Shown: one piece after another, positions 31,705 through 42,590 of the stretch
How the letters are laid out: the number at the start of each line of letters is the position of its first letter
Numbering within the stretch: the first letter of the stretch is position 1
Source of the DNA: Mollicutes bacterium
GTDB lineage: Bacteria; Bacillota_I; Bacilli_A; Izemoplasmatales; Izemoplasmataceae
Length of the DNA stretch: 64,000 nt
Assembly (NCBI GenBank): GCA_003551005.1
Contig: PULR01000002.1
Span: forward strand, 53,809 to 117,808
Reading direction: 5' to 3'
Notes under the pieces: generated by a model
Database searches by the model: none
What the model was told of the DNA's origin: nothing
The model's input: the letters and a program-made list of their open reading frames with translations, nothing else
Position numbers and translations under genes: made by a program

Positions 31705-32436
31705 TCAATCTTCGTTTTCCAGCCAGCCCACCAGCGCATCCTGCATAGCGGGCACGATTTGATGTCCGCTAGCGAAAGTTTCCACCGTCGCGTCGAGCGA
31801 TGGATTTGCAGCGAAAAACGCACGGGTGTGCCCCGGGTCGATGATTTCATCGTGCTCCCCGACAGCCGCGAAAATCTTCGTGTGGGAAAGGGCATCCGGA
31901 TAGCTCGCCGGGTTGATGGCGGAGATTCTGGCCTCCGCCCGTGAGACCGCCTTCCGATGGGAAGCGAGCGTCTCTTGGGTCAGTCCCTGGAAGGCCGACG
32001 CCTTGAAATCCGGGCTGCTGATGAGAGTAGCGAGCAGTTTGACCTCCCGGCTCAGCATCGCCACTCGATAGGCGATGTAGCCACCCATCGAGACCCCGAC
32101 CACATCGAAACCCCCGGCTTCGTGGCAACAGGCTCGATGGATGGTCAGGATATCGCGCGCCGTGTCTTCGACCACATCGAAGAGTTCAAGCTCGGCATGA
32201 ACCTTGTCGCGTTCGGCGAACGGTGACGCCGAGCGCTCCCCATGCCTGCGGGCATCCACGGCAAGCACCCGCCGTCTGGCTGCGACCAGAGAAGGACCCA
32301 GCAACCGGGCCACCCTGTCCTTGCTGCCGAAGATGCCGTGCTGCAAGAACAGCGGTCGGTGGGATGATTCCCCGGCCGCTGCATATTCAAGAACCGGAAT
32401 ACCTTCGACGTGATAGCGTTGAATCTCAAGCTTCAT
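31705..32436 (-). CDS. alpha/beta-fold hydrolase
   Basis: Nucleophile elbow GVSMGG. 11-nt overlap with the cinA end. Confidence 0.7.
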   Translation of the reverse strand: MKLEIQRYHVEGIPVLEYAAAGESSHRPLFLQHGIFGSKDRVARLLGPSLVAARRRVLAVDARRHGERSASPFAERDKVHAELELFDVVEDTARDILTIHRACCHEAGGFDVVGVSMGGYIAYRVAMLSREVKLLATLISSPDFKASAFQGLTQETLASHRKAVSRAEARISAINPASYPDALSHTKIFAAVGEHDEIIDPGHTRAFFAANPSLDATVETFASGHQIVPAMQDALVGWLENED

Positions 32437-33640
32437 GTCGCTGCAGCTCCCGGATGAGAAGACTGAGAGCGTAGGCGGAGGCTTTCCGGCGGATCATCTG
32501 CCGGTCGCCGGAGAAGATTCTGTGAAACGTCCGTGTCGTCTCGGCTTTTGCGAGGCCGAAATACACTGTCCCCACGGGCTTCTTTTCGCTTCCGCCTTCC
32601 GGACCGGCAATACCGGTCACGCTCAGTGCATAATCGGTGCGTGCCTTCCGCTGCAGAAGGTATGCCATCTCATAGGCACATTGTTCGCTGACGGCTCCAT
32701 AGTTCTCGAGCACTTGCGGACTGACACCGAGCCGACGGCTCTTCGAGGCATTCGAGTACAGCACATAACCCTCCTCGAACACATCCGAAGCACCGGGCAC
32801 ATCGACAACCCTCGAAGCGACAAGGCCGCCGGTGCAGGATTCGGCGAAGGCAACGCTCGCAGAACGTTGTCTAAGTCCCGCGACCAACAATCCTTCCAGC
32901 GTGTCGTCAGCCCTGCCGAGTATGTCTTTGTGCAGGCGCTCCCGGAATGCTTCCTTCGCCTGTTTCAAGCTTTCTTTCGAATGGGAGAGCAGGATGTAGC
33001 GGATTTCACCCAGCGAGGCATAAGGGGCGAGCTCCACATCAGGGTGTTCAGTATATAAATCCTGCAGATCGGATTCAAACTCGCTCTCTCCACGGCCCAC
33101 AAGCAGAAAACCATCCTGATACGGGACGTCGTCGCGCCGCTTCTTCAGCAACGCTTCGACTTGGGGAAACATCCCCTTCAGTTCCCCGGGCGGTCCCGGC
33201 AGCGCCACGATGGTCCGCCCGCCGTGTTCGACGACCATTCCGGGCGCGGTGCCGCGCTGGTTCTTTAGAACCGTCGCTCCGGGCGGGAAGCGGGCCTGCT
33301 TCTCATTCGTCTCGCGCATGGTGCGGCCCCTGGATTCAAAATAGCGGCGAATCGCTTCAAAGACGCGCTCGTCTTTGACGAGCCGCCAGCCGAAGAAACT
33401 GGCCAGGCTCTCCTTGGTGATGTCGTCACGGCTCGGCCCAAGGCCGCCCGTGATGATGAGCACATCCTCCTGCACCATCGCTAGCGCCTCGTGTATAGCC
33501 GCTTCTGTATCGGAAACGGTGGTCGAACGGGCGATGACGATGCCCAGCCGACGCAGCCGACGGGCGATGTAGGATAGGTTGGTGTTCGTTGTCTGACCGC
33601 TCAGCAGCTCGCTGCCGACATTGATCACACTCGCTTGCAT
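32426..33640 (-). CDS. cinA: competence/damage-inducible protein CinA (MoCF-binding plus NMN deamidase domains)
   Basis: VINVGSELLSGQTTNTN N-terminus and a C-terminal AESCTGG motif. Confidence 0.92.
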   Translation of the reverse strand: MQASVINVGSELLSGQTTNTNLSYIARRLRRLGIVIARSTTVSDTEAAIHEALAMVQEDVLIITGGLGPSRDDITKESLASFFGWRLVKDERVFEAIRRYFESRGRTMRETNEKQARFPPGATVLKNQRGTAPGMVVEHGGRTIVALPGPPGELKGMFPQVEALLKKRRDDVPYQDGFLLVGRGESEFESDLQDLYTEHPDVELAPYASLGEIRYILLSHSKESLKQAKEAFRERLHKDILGRADDTLEGLLVAGLRQRSASVAFAESCTGGLVASRVVDVPGASDVFEEGYVLYSNASKSRRLGVSPQVLENYGAVSEQCAYEMAYLLQRKARTDYALSVTGIAGPEGGSEKKPVGTVYFGLAKAETTRTFHRIFSGDRQMIRRKASAYALSLLIRELQRHEA

Positions 33641-33694
33641 GGGAGCGCCCCCTTTTTCCCTAGTAATTCAGGGATGATAAGCCGAACATCTGAT

Positions 33695-34177
33695 TCAGAA
33701 AGCCTGGATCAGCACCAGCACCATGATCGCCGAGCTCACAATCAGGCCGAACACCACCGAAAGGACGACAATGCGGTGACCGCGTTCAATAAGATATTGT
33801 TTGCGGTCCTCGATGTTGCGCGCTTTCGCGTAGAGGGAATGCGCCATATAGAAGGCAAAGATGAAGATGAAGATCATGAATACAGTGACGGGTAGATAGA
33901 ACGTCACGGCCTCGATGAACATCGACAGCGCATTCGCCTCCTCCCCCGGCTGCGGGAAGGGGTTGATACCGAAAATGGCATGGATAAGCACCAATACAAG
34001 CACCGTCATGCCGACGATGCGATAATGCTCGAACAGGCCGCCTCGCTTGAAGGTAAGCATCTTTCGCGGTATGACGCGGCGGTAGCGGAAATAGTAATAG
34101 AAAATGTCGATGAAGAACGTGATGAAGAAAAGCAGGATAGCGAATACTAGATAATCGAGAATCTGCGTGACAATCAT
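33695..34177 (-). CDS. hypothetical 4-TM membrane protein
   Basis: 160-aa hydrophobic protein with no recognised family. Co-oriented between ychF and cinA. Confidence 0.5.
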   Translation of the reverse strand: MIVTQILDYLVFAILLFFITFFIDIFYYYFRYRRVIPRKMLTFKRGGLFEHYRIVGMTVLVLVLIHAIFGINPFPQPGEEANALSMFIEAVTFYLPVTVFMIFIFIFAFYMAHSLYAKARNIEDRKQYLIERGHRIVVLSVVFGLIVSSAIMVLVLIQAF

Positions 34178-34195
34178 GATAAAAGCTCCTTCGTG

Positions 34196-35299
34196 CTACA
34201 GTTTGAATTTGAATAGAATCAAGTCGCCGTCCTGGACAGGATAATCCTTGCCCTCAATCCGTGCCTTGCCGAGTTCACGCACCTTGCGGATCGAGCCGAT
34301 GGCGTCAAGCGTGTCAAAGGGGATGACCTCGGCCTTGATGAACCCTTCCTGGAAGTCAGTGTGGACACGTCCGGCGCAGTCGTAGGCGTTCATCCCTCGC
34401 TTGAAGGTCCAGGCACGGGTCTCGTTCTCGTTCGTCGTGAAGAAGGTCCCCAGTCCGAGCAGGTCATAAGTTTCCCGGATCAGTCGGTCCAGGCCGGTAC
34501 GCTGCAGATCGAACTCCGCCAAGTAATCCGCCGCCTCGCTTTCGGAAAGTTCGGCCAGTTCGGCTTCCAGATCCGCGCTGAAGGCCATCAGGCCGGCCCC
34601 TTCGGATTCAGCCTTGTCCTGCAGGGCACGATAGTGCCGGGAAGCGGCATAGGATCCGAGGTCTTCCTCGCCGACATTCGCGACATAGAGGACGGGCTTG
34701 AGCGTCAGAAACCCGAACGCTCTGAGGCGCTTTCGTTCATCTTCTCCAAGCGCCATCGTGCGCAAAGGACGTTCATCGAGCAGCGTCCGGCGGACACGCT
34801 TCAGCAGCTCATGTTCACGCACGGTCTGCTTGTCGACTTCCAGGCGGGCTTTCTTTTCGATCTTCGGCAGCCGTTTTTCGACAACCTCCAGATCCGCGAG
34901 CATCAGCTCCCCCTCAAGTAAGTCCACATCGCGCACGGGGTCGACATCGCCGGCCAGGTGCGGCACGTCGCTGTCTTCGAAGCAGCGCACCACGTGCACA
35001 AGCGCATCAACCTCGCGGATATGAGAGAGAAAGCGGTTGCCGAGGCCGTCGCCATTGCTCGCTCCTTCGACAAGACCGGCGATGTCGATAAACTCGAAAG
35101 CGGTCGGCACCATCGCTTTCGCATCCGACAGCTCGTGCACCCGCTTCAGCCTTGCATCCGGCACATCGACGACGCCGACGTTGGGATCGATGGTGGCGAA
35201 GGGATAGTTCGAAGCGTGGGCCCCCGCCTTCGTCAAGGCATTGAACAACGTCGACTTGCCCACATTCGGCAAGCCGACGATACCGGCTTTCAACGACAA
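34196..35299 (-). CDS. ychF: ribosome-binding ATPase YchF
   Basis: GIVGLPNVGKSTLFNALT and a C-terminal TGS-like domain. TTG start. Confidence 0.96.
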   Translation of the reverse strand: MSLKAGIVGLPNVGKSTLFNALTKAGAHASNYPFATIDPNVGVVDVPDARLKRVHELSDAKAMVPTAFEFIDIAGLVEGASNGDGLGNRFLSHIREVDALVHVVRCFEDSDVPHLAGDVDPVRDVDLLEGELMLADLEVVEKRLPKIEKKARLEVDKQTVREHELLKRVRRTLLDERPLRTMALGEDERKRLRAFGFLTLKPVLYVANVGEEDLGSYAASRHYRALQDKAESEGAGLMAFSADLEAELAELSESEAADYLAEFDLQRTGLDRLIRETYDLLGLGTFFTTNENETRAWTFKRGMNAYDCAGRVHTDFQEGFIKAEVIPFDTLDAIGSIRKVRELGKARIEGKDYPVQDGDLILFKFKL

Positions 35300-35323
35300 G
35301 CTGCATCAACTCCTGACAACATC

Positions 35324-35352
35324 ATTCTATACCATCCGAGGATAAATGACAA
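35324..35352 (-). promoter_or_regulatory. possible promoter for ychF
   Basis: Minus strand TTGTCA (35352-35347), 17 nt, TAGAAT (35329-35324). Confidence 0.4.
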
Positions 35353-35361
35353 CGACAACAC

Positions 35362-36186
35362 CTATCCTTCAAGGCCCTCATAATGCAGGGATGCGATAAA
35401 CTCGAGCCCTTCACGCTTCGGTTCGGCGACGCCCGTGTCGATGGTGGGTTCCGCGCCGCAGGCAAGGAGACCGGTCTCGAGGTGCAAAAGCGCAATGCCG
35501 GCATCCAGCAGCGTCATATCGATACGGGGCGTCTTCGAGGGGTCCCGGCGCTTGACATACAACGACACCTTCCCTTGCTCAAGCAACACCCGCCACGGCT
35601 GACGGTTCTTGGCAGAAGGCGCAATCCTCAGAATCTCCAAAGCCCGGGCTCGAATCGGATCCACATCATCCCTGGTATGTTCGCTTCCGTCGAGGAGAAG
35701 GGACGAAATCGGTTTGCGCGAATCTGCACGGGCCAGTCGGCGGATGGTCCGGTCCCTAAATGACGTGCGGGACGCCGGCCTCCCTACGGGGGTGATGGCC
35801 GGAACCACGGCATCATCCGCCACAGAATCATCGAACTGAGAGCGGCGGAAGGTGCCGGCCAGCCAGACCGTCCCGTATTCCCTAGCAGTCAGCTCGAGGA
35901 TGAGCCTTTCGAAGACATAGCCGAAATCGAGCATGGACGCCCTCTGAGCCTTCGCCGTACCATAGATGTAAGCAGGCGCGTCTTTCACGAACCCGTAGGT
36001 GCCCACGCGCTTCCGTCCGGTCGTGCCTTCGGCGAGGAAGAAAAATCGCGGCACAGTCCCGAAGGGGCCCCGGGTGCCGTCCATGGTCTCGACCAGGCTC
36101 GCTACCTCGGCTTTTTCATCGGCATCCAACGTCGGGTCGTAGGTGCGCACAGACCGGCGTTTCCTTGCGGCTTCATGTAAATTCAT
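35362..36186 (-). CDS. nitroreductase-family protein (TM1586-like)
   Basis: RRSVRTYD N-terminal motif and APSAKNRQPWRV. ATG at 36186 is used. Confidence 0.7.
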   Translation of the reverse strand: MNLHEAARKRRSVRTYDPTLDADEKAEVASLVETMDGTRGPFGTVPRFFFLAEGTTGRKRVGTYGFVKDAPAYIYGTAKAQRASMLDFGYVFERLILELTAREYGTVWLAGTFRRSQFDDSVADDAVVPAITPVGRPASRTSFRDRTIRRLARADSRKPISSLLLDGSEHTRDDVDPIRARALEILRIAPSAKNRQPWRVLLEQGKVSLYVKRRDPSKTPRIDMTLLDAGIALLHLETGLLACGAEPTIDTGVAEPKREGLEFIASLHYEGLEG

Positions 36187-36193
36187 AAGCCAT

Positions 36194-37339
36194 TCAATCC
36201 CTGCGGTCGTCGGGATGGACGACCAACTCGACATAGTCGGAATCGATCATATCCCCGTCGCGTTCAAAACGCACACTGGCCTCGGCACCCACCGGGGCGT
36301 TGAGGATGGCCTCGCGAAGCTCGCTGAAGTTGAGCACCTTGCGGTACTCTTCCTCCTCGGCGAGCTTGAAGCCCTTGATGATATCGCCGACTTCGATTCC
36401 GGCCGCGTCCGCCACGCCTTCCGGCACGAGGCCGCCGACGCAGACGCCATAAGACTGACCGCAGTCGCTTCTGCGCGGTTCGGCGGAAATACCGAGGAAC
36501 GACCGCTCGACATAGCCTTGTTCCTCGAGGTCATCGATGACGCGGCTCACGGTGTTCGAGGGGATGGCGAAGCCGATGTCGCCGGCAAGCTCGTCAACAA
36601 TCTTCATGTTGTTGATGCCGATCAGTTCGCCATCAAGGTTGTACAGGCCGCCGCCGCTATTCCCCGGAGCAAGCCCGGCGTCATGCTGGATGAACGGCAC
36701 TTCGAGATCGCTGCCGAACACATAGCGCGAGAGGCCGCTGATCGCGCCCAAGGTGAGCGTGCCGAAATAATCGAAACCGAGCGGATTGCCGATGGCGAAA
36801 GCGACCCCGCCGACGTTCAGATCATAGGAATCGGCGAATTCCACCGTGGGGAAATGATCATCCGCCTCGAAACGCAGAACGGCGAGATCCGTCGTCGCGT
36901 CGCTGCCAAGCAGCTCGACATCTTCTGCGGGGACGTCGAAGAGGAGCCCGTTGCGCTCATACGTGACGCCGATCGCACTCGCACCGTCGATCACGTGATG
37001 GTTCGTCACGGCATAGAAGGTCCCCGAATCCCGCTGATAGACGACACCGCTGCCGCTGCCGCCCCCGAGTCCGAAGGCACCCTCTGCCCGGATTCCAATC
37101 GTGGCTTCACGGTTGCGTTCAGCCATGTCAATCAGCGCCGCTTCAAACGAGGCAAGGTCGTAATCGACACGTTGATAGGCTTCGGGCATCAGCGATTCTA
37201 TCAGTTCGATCATTTCCTGCTCGGTGTATGCTCCGGTGTCGATCGTCTCATCGGGTGTTTCCTCGAATTCGAGCCATTCACAGCCGGCCAGCGAAAAAAC
37301 CAGGGTGAAGAGCGCTACGAAAAAAAGTGCTCGACGCAT
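36194..37339 (-). CDS. HtrA/DegP-family serine protease with PDZ domain, predicted lipoprotein
   Basis: Lipobox FSLAGC. Catalytic triad contexts TNHHVI, TDLAVL and GNSGGGL, plus a C-terminal PDZ. ATG at 37339 with GGAGTGA upstream. Confidence 0.85.
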   Translation of the reverse strand: MRRALFFVALFTLVFSLAGCEWLEFEETPDETIDTGAYTEQEMIELIESLMPEAYQRVDYDLASFEAALIDMAERNREATIGIRAEGAFGLGGGSGSGVVYQRDSGTFYAVTNHHVIDGASAIGVTYERNGLLFDVPAEDVELLGSDATTDLAVLRFEADDHFPTVEFADSYDLNVGGVAFAIGNPLGFDYFGTLTLGAISGLSRYVFGSDLEVPFIQHDAGLAPGNSGGGLYNLDGELIGINNMKIVDELAGDIGFAIPSNTVSRVIDDLEEQGYVERSFLGISAEPRRSDCGQSYGVCVGGLVPEGVADAAGIEVGDIIKGFKLAEEEEYRKVLNFSELREAILNAPVGAEASVRFERDGDMIDSDYVELVVHPDDRRD

Positions 37340-37344
37340 GTGTA

Positions 37345-38103
37345 TCACTCCAGTCCGAACAGCCTGACGGCGTTCTCAGACGTGAGGCTGTCGATATATT
37401 CAGAAGACGTGCCGCGCAGCGTCGCCACCTGATTGGCAATCAGCGGCAGCAGCGACGGCTCGTTCTGCTTGCCCCGGTAGGGGTGCGGAGCGAGGAAAGG
37501 GGCATCCGTCTCGATGAGAAGACGCTCATCGGGGACGATTTTCGCGACTTCCTTGGGCGTCTTCGCATTCTTGAACGTCACCGGACCGCCAAGGGAGATG
37601 TGCAGACCGAGCTTCAAGAACTTGTGCGCCATCTCCACCGACCCGCTGTAACAATGCATGACGCCCTTGATGGGCGCATGCCGGGACAGGATGTCATACG
37701 TCATCCCGGCCGCTTCGCGCATGTGGATGACAAGCGGAAGATCGTGCTGTTTCGCGAGGCGGATCTGCGCTTCGAAACGTTTTGCCTGAACGCTTTTGTG
37801 TTCCTTGTCATGATGGAAATCGAGGCCGCATTCGCCGACGGCGACGACACCGCCGGCTTCAAGTCGGGACTCGAGCTTTTGCAGCGGTTCGCGGTCCGCT
37901 TCATGGGCCGTGGTGGGATGCAGCCCGGCGGTCGCGTAGAGCCCTTCGTGGGCAGCCGCAAGGCGAGCCGCCCGCTCGTTCATTGCCTCGGTGAAACCGA
38001 CGACGACGAAACGGTCGACACCGGCATCTCTCGCCCGCGCAAGCACGGGACATGGATCTTCGTAGAATGCGTCGTTGTTCAGATGCACATGTGTGTCGAT
38101 CAT
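37345..38103 (-). CDS. tatD: TatD-family metal-dependent DNase/hydrolase
   Basis: MIDTHVHLN start and conserved His/Asp/Glu pattern. Confidence 0.92.
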   Translation of the reverse strand: MIDTHVHLNNDAFYEDPCPVLARARDAGVDRFVVVGFTEAMNERAARLAAAHEGLYATAGLHPTTAHEADREPLQKLESRLEAGGVVAVGECGLDFHHDKEHKSVQAKRFEAQIRLAKQHDLPLVIHMREAAGMTYDILSRHAPIKGVMHCYSGSVEMAHKFLKLGLHISLGGPVTFKNAKTPKEVAKIVPDERLLIETDAPFLAPHPYRGKQNEPSLLPLIANQVATLRGTSSEYIDSLTSENAVRLFGLE

Positions 38104-38151
38104 CGGAAACCCTCCTGAGTATCTTCAACCGCTCGCGAAGAGCGGTAAGCG

Positions 38152-38178
38152 AAAAAAAGGCCCCGGAAGGCCGGGGCC
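38152..38178 (-). terminator. intrinsic terminator after tuf
   Basis: Minus strand GGCCCCGG-CCUU-CCGGGGCC followed by U7. Confidence 0.85.
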
Positions 38179-38188
38179 GGATGTGCGT

Positions 38189-39379
38189 TTACTTGTAGAC
38201 TTCGGCCACGACGCCGGCGCCTACCGTACGACCGCCTTCGCGGATCGAGAACTTCGTACCTTGTTCGAGGGCGATCGGATAGATCAGTTCGACGTTGATT
38301 TCAACATTGTCGCCGGGCATGACCATCTCGACACCTTCGGGCAGTTCGATGACGCCGGTGACGTCGGTGGTGCGGAAATAGAACTGCGGACGGTAGTTCG
38401 AGAAGAACGGGGTGTGACGGCCGCCCTCATCTTTACTGAGGACGTAGACTTCGCCGCGGAACTTGGTGTGCGGTGTCACGCTGCCGGGTTTTGCGAGAAC
38501 CTGACCGCGTTCGATCTCATCGCGGGTGATACCGCGGAGCAACGCACCGATGTTGTCGCCGGCCTGAGCTTCGTCGAGCAGTTTGCGGAACATCTCGACG
38601 CCGGTGACGACGGTCTTGCGTGTCGGTTTGATACCGACGATCTCGACCTCGTCCTGGACCTTGATGGTTCCGCGTTCGACACGACCGGTCGCGACGGTGC
38701 CGCGTCCCGTGATGGTGAAGACGTCCTCGACGGGCATGAGGAACGGCTTGTCGGTTTCGCGTTCGGGGTCGGGAATATACTCATCAACGGTCTGCATCAG
38801 TTCGAGAATCTTCTCTTCTTCGTCGCTGTCGCCTTCGAGGGCCTTGAGTGCGGAGCCCTTGACGACGGGGATGTCATCGCCGGGGAATTCGTATTCGCTG
38901 AGGAGTTCACGAACCTCCATCTCAACGAGTTCGAGGAGCTCTTCATCGTCGACCATGTCGGTCTTGTTCAAGTAGACGACGAGGTTCGAGAGTCCGACCT
39001 GGCGGGCGAGAAGGATGTGCTCCCGTGTCTGGGGCATCGGTCCGTCGGCGGCGCTGACGACGAGGATGGCCCCGTCCATCTGTGCCGCGCCGGTGATCAT
39101 GTTCTTGACATAGTCGGCGTGGCCGGGGCAGTCGACGTGCGCGTAGTGCCGGTTCTCGGTCGCGTATTCAATATGCATCGTGTTGATCGTGATGCCGCGT
39201 TCTTTCTCTTCGGGAGCCTTGTCGATCGCGTCGTAGCTCTGCGCCTTGGTGCCGCCGATGCCGCGTTCTTCGAGAACTTTGGTGATGGCGGCGGTCAAGG
39301 TCGTCTTGCCGTGGTCGACATGTCCGATGGTCCCGATATTTACATGTGTACCCTTGCGTTCAAACTTTTCCTTTCCCAT
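38189..39379 (-). CDS. tuf: elongation factor Tu
   Basis: [18 protein letters not shown]. Confidence 0.98.
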   Translation of the reverse strand: MGKEKFERKGTHVNIGTIGHVDHGKTTLTAAITKVLEERGIGGTKAQSYDAIDKAPEEKERGITINTMHIEYATENRHYAHVDCPGHADYVKNMITGAAQMDGAILVVSAADGPMPQTREHILLARQVGLSNLVVYLNKTDMVDDEELLELVEMEVRELLSEYEFPGDDIPVVKGSALKALEGDSDEEEKILELMQTVDEYIPDPERETDKPFLMPVEDVFTITGRGTVATGRVERGTIKVQDEVEIVGIKPTRKTVVTGVEMFRKLLDEAQAGDNIGALLRGITRDEIERGQVLAKPGSVTPHTKFRGEVYVLSKDEGGRHTPFFSNYRPQFYFRTTDVTGVIELPEGVEMVMPGDNVEINVELIYPIALEQGTKFSIREGGRTVGAGVVAEVYK

Positions 39380-39428
39380 TGTATTCTTTCCTCCTTAGAT
39401 TGTGTTCTTATCACGGTCATTTTATCGT

Positions 39429-39457
39429 ATTCTATACGATAATGCAAGTTAAATCAA
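39429..39457 (-). promoter_or_regulatory. possible internal promoter for tuf
   Basis: Minus strand TTGATT (39457-39452), 17 nt, TAGAAT (39434-39429). It overlaps a 9-3-9 inverted repeat. Confidence 0.45.
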
Positions 39458-39458
39458 G

Positions 39459-41528
39459 TCAGCCGTTGCGCGTCTCGATGATGTCCTTGGCGATGTTTTT
39501 GGGAGCTTTATCGTAGTGCGAGAACTGCATCGTGTAGTTGCCCCTGCCCTGGGTGTTCGAGCGCAGGCTGGTGGCGTAACCGAACATCTCCGAGAGCGGG
39601 ACGTAGGCAGTGACCTGATGAGCGTTGCCGCGACGCTCCTGTTTCTCGATCTTGCCGCGACGACCGGTGAGGTCGCCGATGACGTTGCCTAGATAGTCGT
39701 CGGGCGAGATGACATCCACGACCATGACGGGTTCAAGCAGGATGGCCCCGCATTGTTCGGCGGACTTGCGCACGGCTTGCGCAGCCGCGGCTTTGTAGGC
39801 CATCTCCGAGGAATCGACGTCGTGATAGGAGCCATCGAAGAGCGTCGCCTTGACGTCGATGACGGGATAACCGGCGAGGATGCCGTTCTCGAATGCCTGC
39901 TTGAGGCCTTCCTCGACGACGGAAATGTATTCCCGGGGGACGGTGCCGCCGACAATCTTGTCGACGAACTCGAAGCCGTTCCCTTCATTCGGTTCGAATT
40001 TGACCCAGACGTGACCGTACTGTCCGCGACCGCCGCTTTGGCGGATGAACTTGCCTTCGATCTCCGCTTCCCTGGTGATGGTTTCACGGTAGCTGACCTG
40101 GGGCGCGCCGACGTTGGCGTCGACACGGAACTCCCGCTTCAGCCGGTCGACGATGATGTCGAGATGGAGCTCGCCCATACCGGCGATAATCGTCTGACCG
40201 GTCTCCTCGTCGGTGTAGGTCTTGAAGGTCGGGTCTTCTTCGGCGAGTTTCTGCAGGGCTTCGCCCATCTTGTCCTGGTCGGCCTTCGAACGGGGTTCGA
40301 TGGCGACGCTGATGACCGGTTCGGGGAAGTTCATCTCCTCGAGGATGATGGGGTGTTTCTCTTCGGCGAGGGTGTCCCCGGTCGCGGTGTTCTTGAGTCC
40401 GATACCGGCGGCGATGTCGCCGGCGTAGACGGTCTGGATCTCTTCACGGTGATTGGCGTGCATCTGCAGGATGCGGCCGACGCGCTCCTTGTGGTTCTTC
40501 GAGGTGTTGATCACATAGCTGCCTTTGGAGAGCGTCCCCGAATAGACGCGGAAGAAGGTCAGCTTACCGACGAAGGGGTCGGTGGCGACCTTGAACGCCA
40601 AAGCGGCGAACTTGCCTTCGTCCGAGGCGGTGACTTTCACCGTCTCCCCGCCTTTCATGGTGCCTTCGACCTTCACAACGTCCGTGGGCGCGGGCAGATA
40701 GTCGATGACCGCATCCAGCATGAGCTTGACGCCTTTATTCTTGAAGGAACTGCCGCACAACACGGGGAAGAACGCCACATCAAGCGTGGCCTTGCGGATG
40801 ACGCGGCGGATAAGTTCCGCAGGGACATCCTCCCCTTCAAGGTAGAGCATCATCAGTTCGTCGTCGAAATCGGCGATCGTCTCGATGAGCTCTGTGCGAC
40901 GTTCCTCGACGATGTCCTGGTATTCCTCGGGAATCTCGATCTCTTCGGGTTGTTCCTCGGGCCTGCCATCATATTGATAGGCTTTGAGGTCGATGAGGTC
41001 GATGATGCCCGAGAAGGCATCCTCGGTACCGATGGGCCATTGAATAGCGGCCGCCCTGGCGCCGAGTCGTTCGTAGATGGTCTTGGTCGCATAAGCGAAG
41101 TCCGCCCCGAGCTTGTCCATCTTGTTGACGAAGACGATGCGCGGGACCATATATTCCGTGGCCTGTCGCCAGACGGTCTCCGTCTGGGGTTCGACGCCCG
41201 CCTGGGCGTCAAGGACGGTCACGGCGCCATCGAGGACACGCAGGGAGCGGGAGACCTCGACGGTGAAATCGACGTGGCCCGGGGTATCGATGATGTTGAC
41301 GCGATGGTTTCGCCAGAATGCCGTGGTCGCAGCGGACGTGATGGTGATGCCCCTTTCTTGTTCCTGATCCATCCAGTCCATCTGCGAAGCCCCTTCATGG
41401 GTCTCGCCCATTTTGTGAATCTTGCCTGTGTGGAAGAGGACGCGCTCGGTCGTGGTGGTCTTTCCGGCATCAATATGCGCCATAATGCCAAGATTGCGCG
41501 TTTTTTCCAGGCTATACTCTCTTCCCAT
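39459..41528 (-). CDS. fusA: elongation factor G
   Basis: [17 protein letters not shown], 689 aa. Confidence 0.98.
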   Translation of the reverse strand: MGREYSLEKTRNLGIMAHIDAGKTTTTERVLFHTGKIHKMGETHEGASQMDWMDQEQERGITITSAATTAFWRNHRVNIIDTPGHVDFTVEVSRSLRVLDGAVTVLDAQAGVEPQTETVWRQATEYMVPRIVFVNKMDKLGADFAYATKTIYERLGARAAAIQWPIGTEDAFSGIIDLIDLKAYQYDGRPEEQPEEIEIPEEYQDIVEERRTELIETIADFDDELMMLYLEGEDVPAELIRRVIRKATLDVAFFPVLCGSSFKNKGVKLMLDAVIDYLPAPTDVVKVEGTMKGGETVKVTASDEGKFAALAFKVATDPFVGKLTFFRVYSGTLSKGSYVINTSKNHKERVGRILQMHANHREEIQTVYAGDIAAGIGLKNTATGDTLAEEKHPIILEEMNFPEPVISVAIEPRSKADQDKMGEALQKLAEEDPTFKTYTDEETGQTIIAGMGELHLDIIVDRLKREFRVDANVGAPQVSYRETITREAEIEGKFIRQSGGRGQYGHVWVKFEPNEGNGFEFVDKIVGGTVPREYISVVEEGLKQAFENGILAGYPVIDVKATLFDGSYHDVDSSEMAYKAAAAQAVRKSAEQCGAILLEPVMVVDVISPDDYLGNVIGDLTGRRGKIEKQERRGNAHQVTAYVPLSEMFGYATSLRSNTQGRGNYTMQFSHYDKAPKNIAKDIIETRNG

Positions 41529-41543
41529 GTCGGTAAATCCTTT

Positions 41544-42014
41544 CTACCAGCGGTAGTGTGCGAACGCTTTGTTGGCGTCCGCCATTCTGTGGATGTCCTC
41601 GCGGCGCTTGACAGACTGGCCGGTGCCGTTCGAGGCGTCGACGATTTCCTTCGCGAGCCTCTCTTCCATCGTCTTCTCGCTGCGAAGACGCGCATATTGG
41701 GTGATCCACCGGAGGCCGAGCGTGTAACGTCGGTCTTCACGCACCTCCATCGGGACTTGGTAGTTCTGGCCGCCCACACGACGGGCGCGGACTTCGAACG
41801 AGGGCATGACGTTCTTGAGTGCTTCTTCAAACACTTCGATGGGGGGCTGGTTGGTGATCGCCTCGATGCGTTCGAAGGCCTGGTAGAGAATGCGCTGGGC
41901 GGTATCCTTCTTGCCGTCGCGCATGATGTTGTTGATGAGTTTGGTGACGAGTTTCGAATTATAGATCGGATCGGGCAGTACCTCCCGTTTTCCTATCGTT
42001 CCTTTACGTGCCAT
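41544..42014 (-). CDS. rpsG: 30S ribosomal protein S7
   Basis: [16 protein letters not shown] and a C-terminal AFAHYRW. Confidence 0.97.
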   Translation of the reverse strand: MARKGTIGKREVLPDPIYNSKLVTKLINNIMRDGKKDTAQRILYQAFERIEAITNQPPIEVFEEALKNVMPSFEVRARRVGGQNYQVPMEVREDRRYTLGLRWITQYARLRSEKTMEERLAKEIVDASNGTGQSVKRREDIHRMADANKAFAHYRW

Positions 42015-42043
42015 ATACGTCTCCTCCTTTCAGTGGCCTATAC

Positions 42044-42457
42044 TCAGGCTTCATCTTTCTTGGTGCCGTATTTCGAACGGCCCTGCTTGCGTCCGACGAC
42101 GCCGTCGGTATCGAGCGTGCCGCGGACAATGTGGTAACGGACGCCGGGAAGGTCCTTGACGCGTCCGCCGCGTACGAGCACGACGCTGTGTTCCTGCAGC
42201 GAGTGGCCGATGCCGGGGATATAGGCCGTGACTTCCTGTCCGTTCGTCAGGCGGACCCTGGCGTATTTGCGGAGCGCCGAGTTCGGTTTTTTCGGAGTCA
42301 TGGTCGCCACACGTGTGCACACCCCGCGCTTCTGCGGGCTGGGCAGGTATGTGTACTCCCGCTTGAGAGAGTTGTAGTTGATGCTCAGCTTCGGCGACTT
42401 GGGCTTCTTCTTGCGTGACTTGCGTCCTTTGCGGACGAGCTGGTTAATAGTCGGCAT
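42044..42457 (-). CDS. rpsL: 30S ribosomal protein S12
   Basis: [12 protein letters not shown]...[10 protein letters not shown]. Confidence 0.97.
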   Translation of the reverse strand: MPTINQLVRKGRKSRKKKPKSPKLSINYNSLKREYTYLPSPQKRGVCTRVATMTPKKPNSALRKYARVRLTNGQEVTAYIPGIGHSLQEHSVVLVRGGRVKDLPGVRYHIVRGTLDTDGVVGRKQGRSKYGTKKDEA

Positions 42458-42590
42458 GTGTCTGCCTCCTCCTTTCGGTTGTGAAGATAGGATAGGTTCT
42501 TATCAACAGTACCATGTGTGTCATCCGTCGCTGAAGCGTGTTCACGTGCGTGCGCTTCTTCACATGCGTGCGACGGATTACGCAAAGGGT

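Noticed and set aside
39753-42137. A 794-aa plus-strand ORF antisense to fusA and rpsG. Similar giants lie at 4815..6692 (antisense atpA), 38075..39442 (antisense tuf), 36143..37432 (antisense HtrA-like protease) and 56551..57147.
   Set aside because: These ORFs are codon-aligned mirror frames of highly conserved minus-strand genes; for example, 41526-39753 is a multiple of 3. With G/C-rich third positions the sense codons TTA, CTA and TCA are rare, so the antisense frame lacks stops. The translations are low-complexity (Asp/Gly/Val/Leu-rich), have no SD, and run across intergenic spacers.
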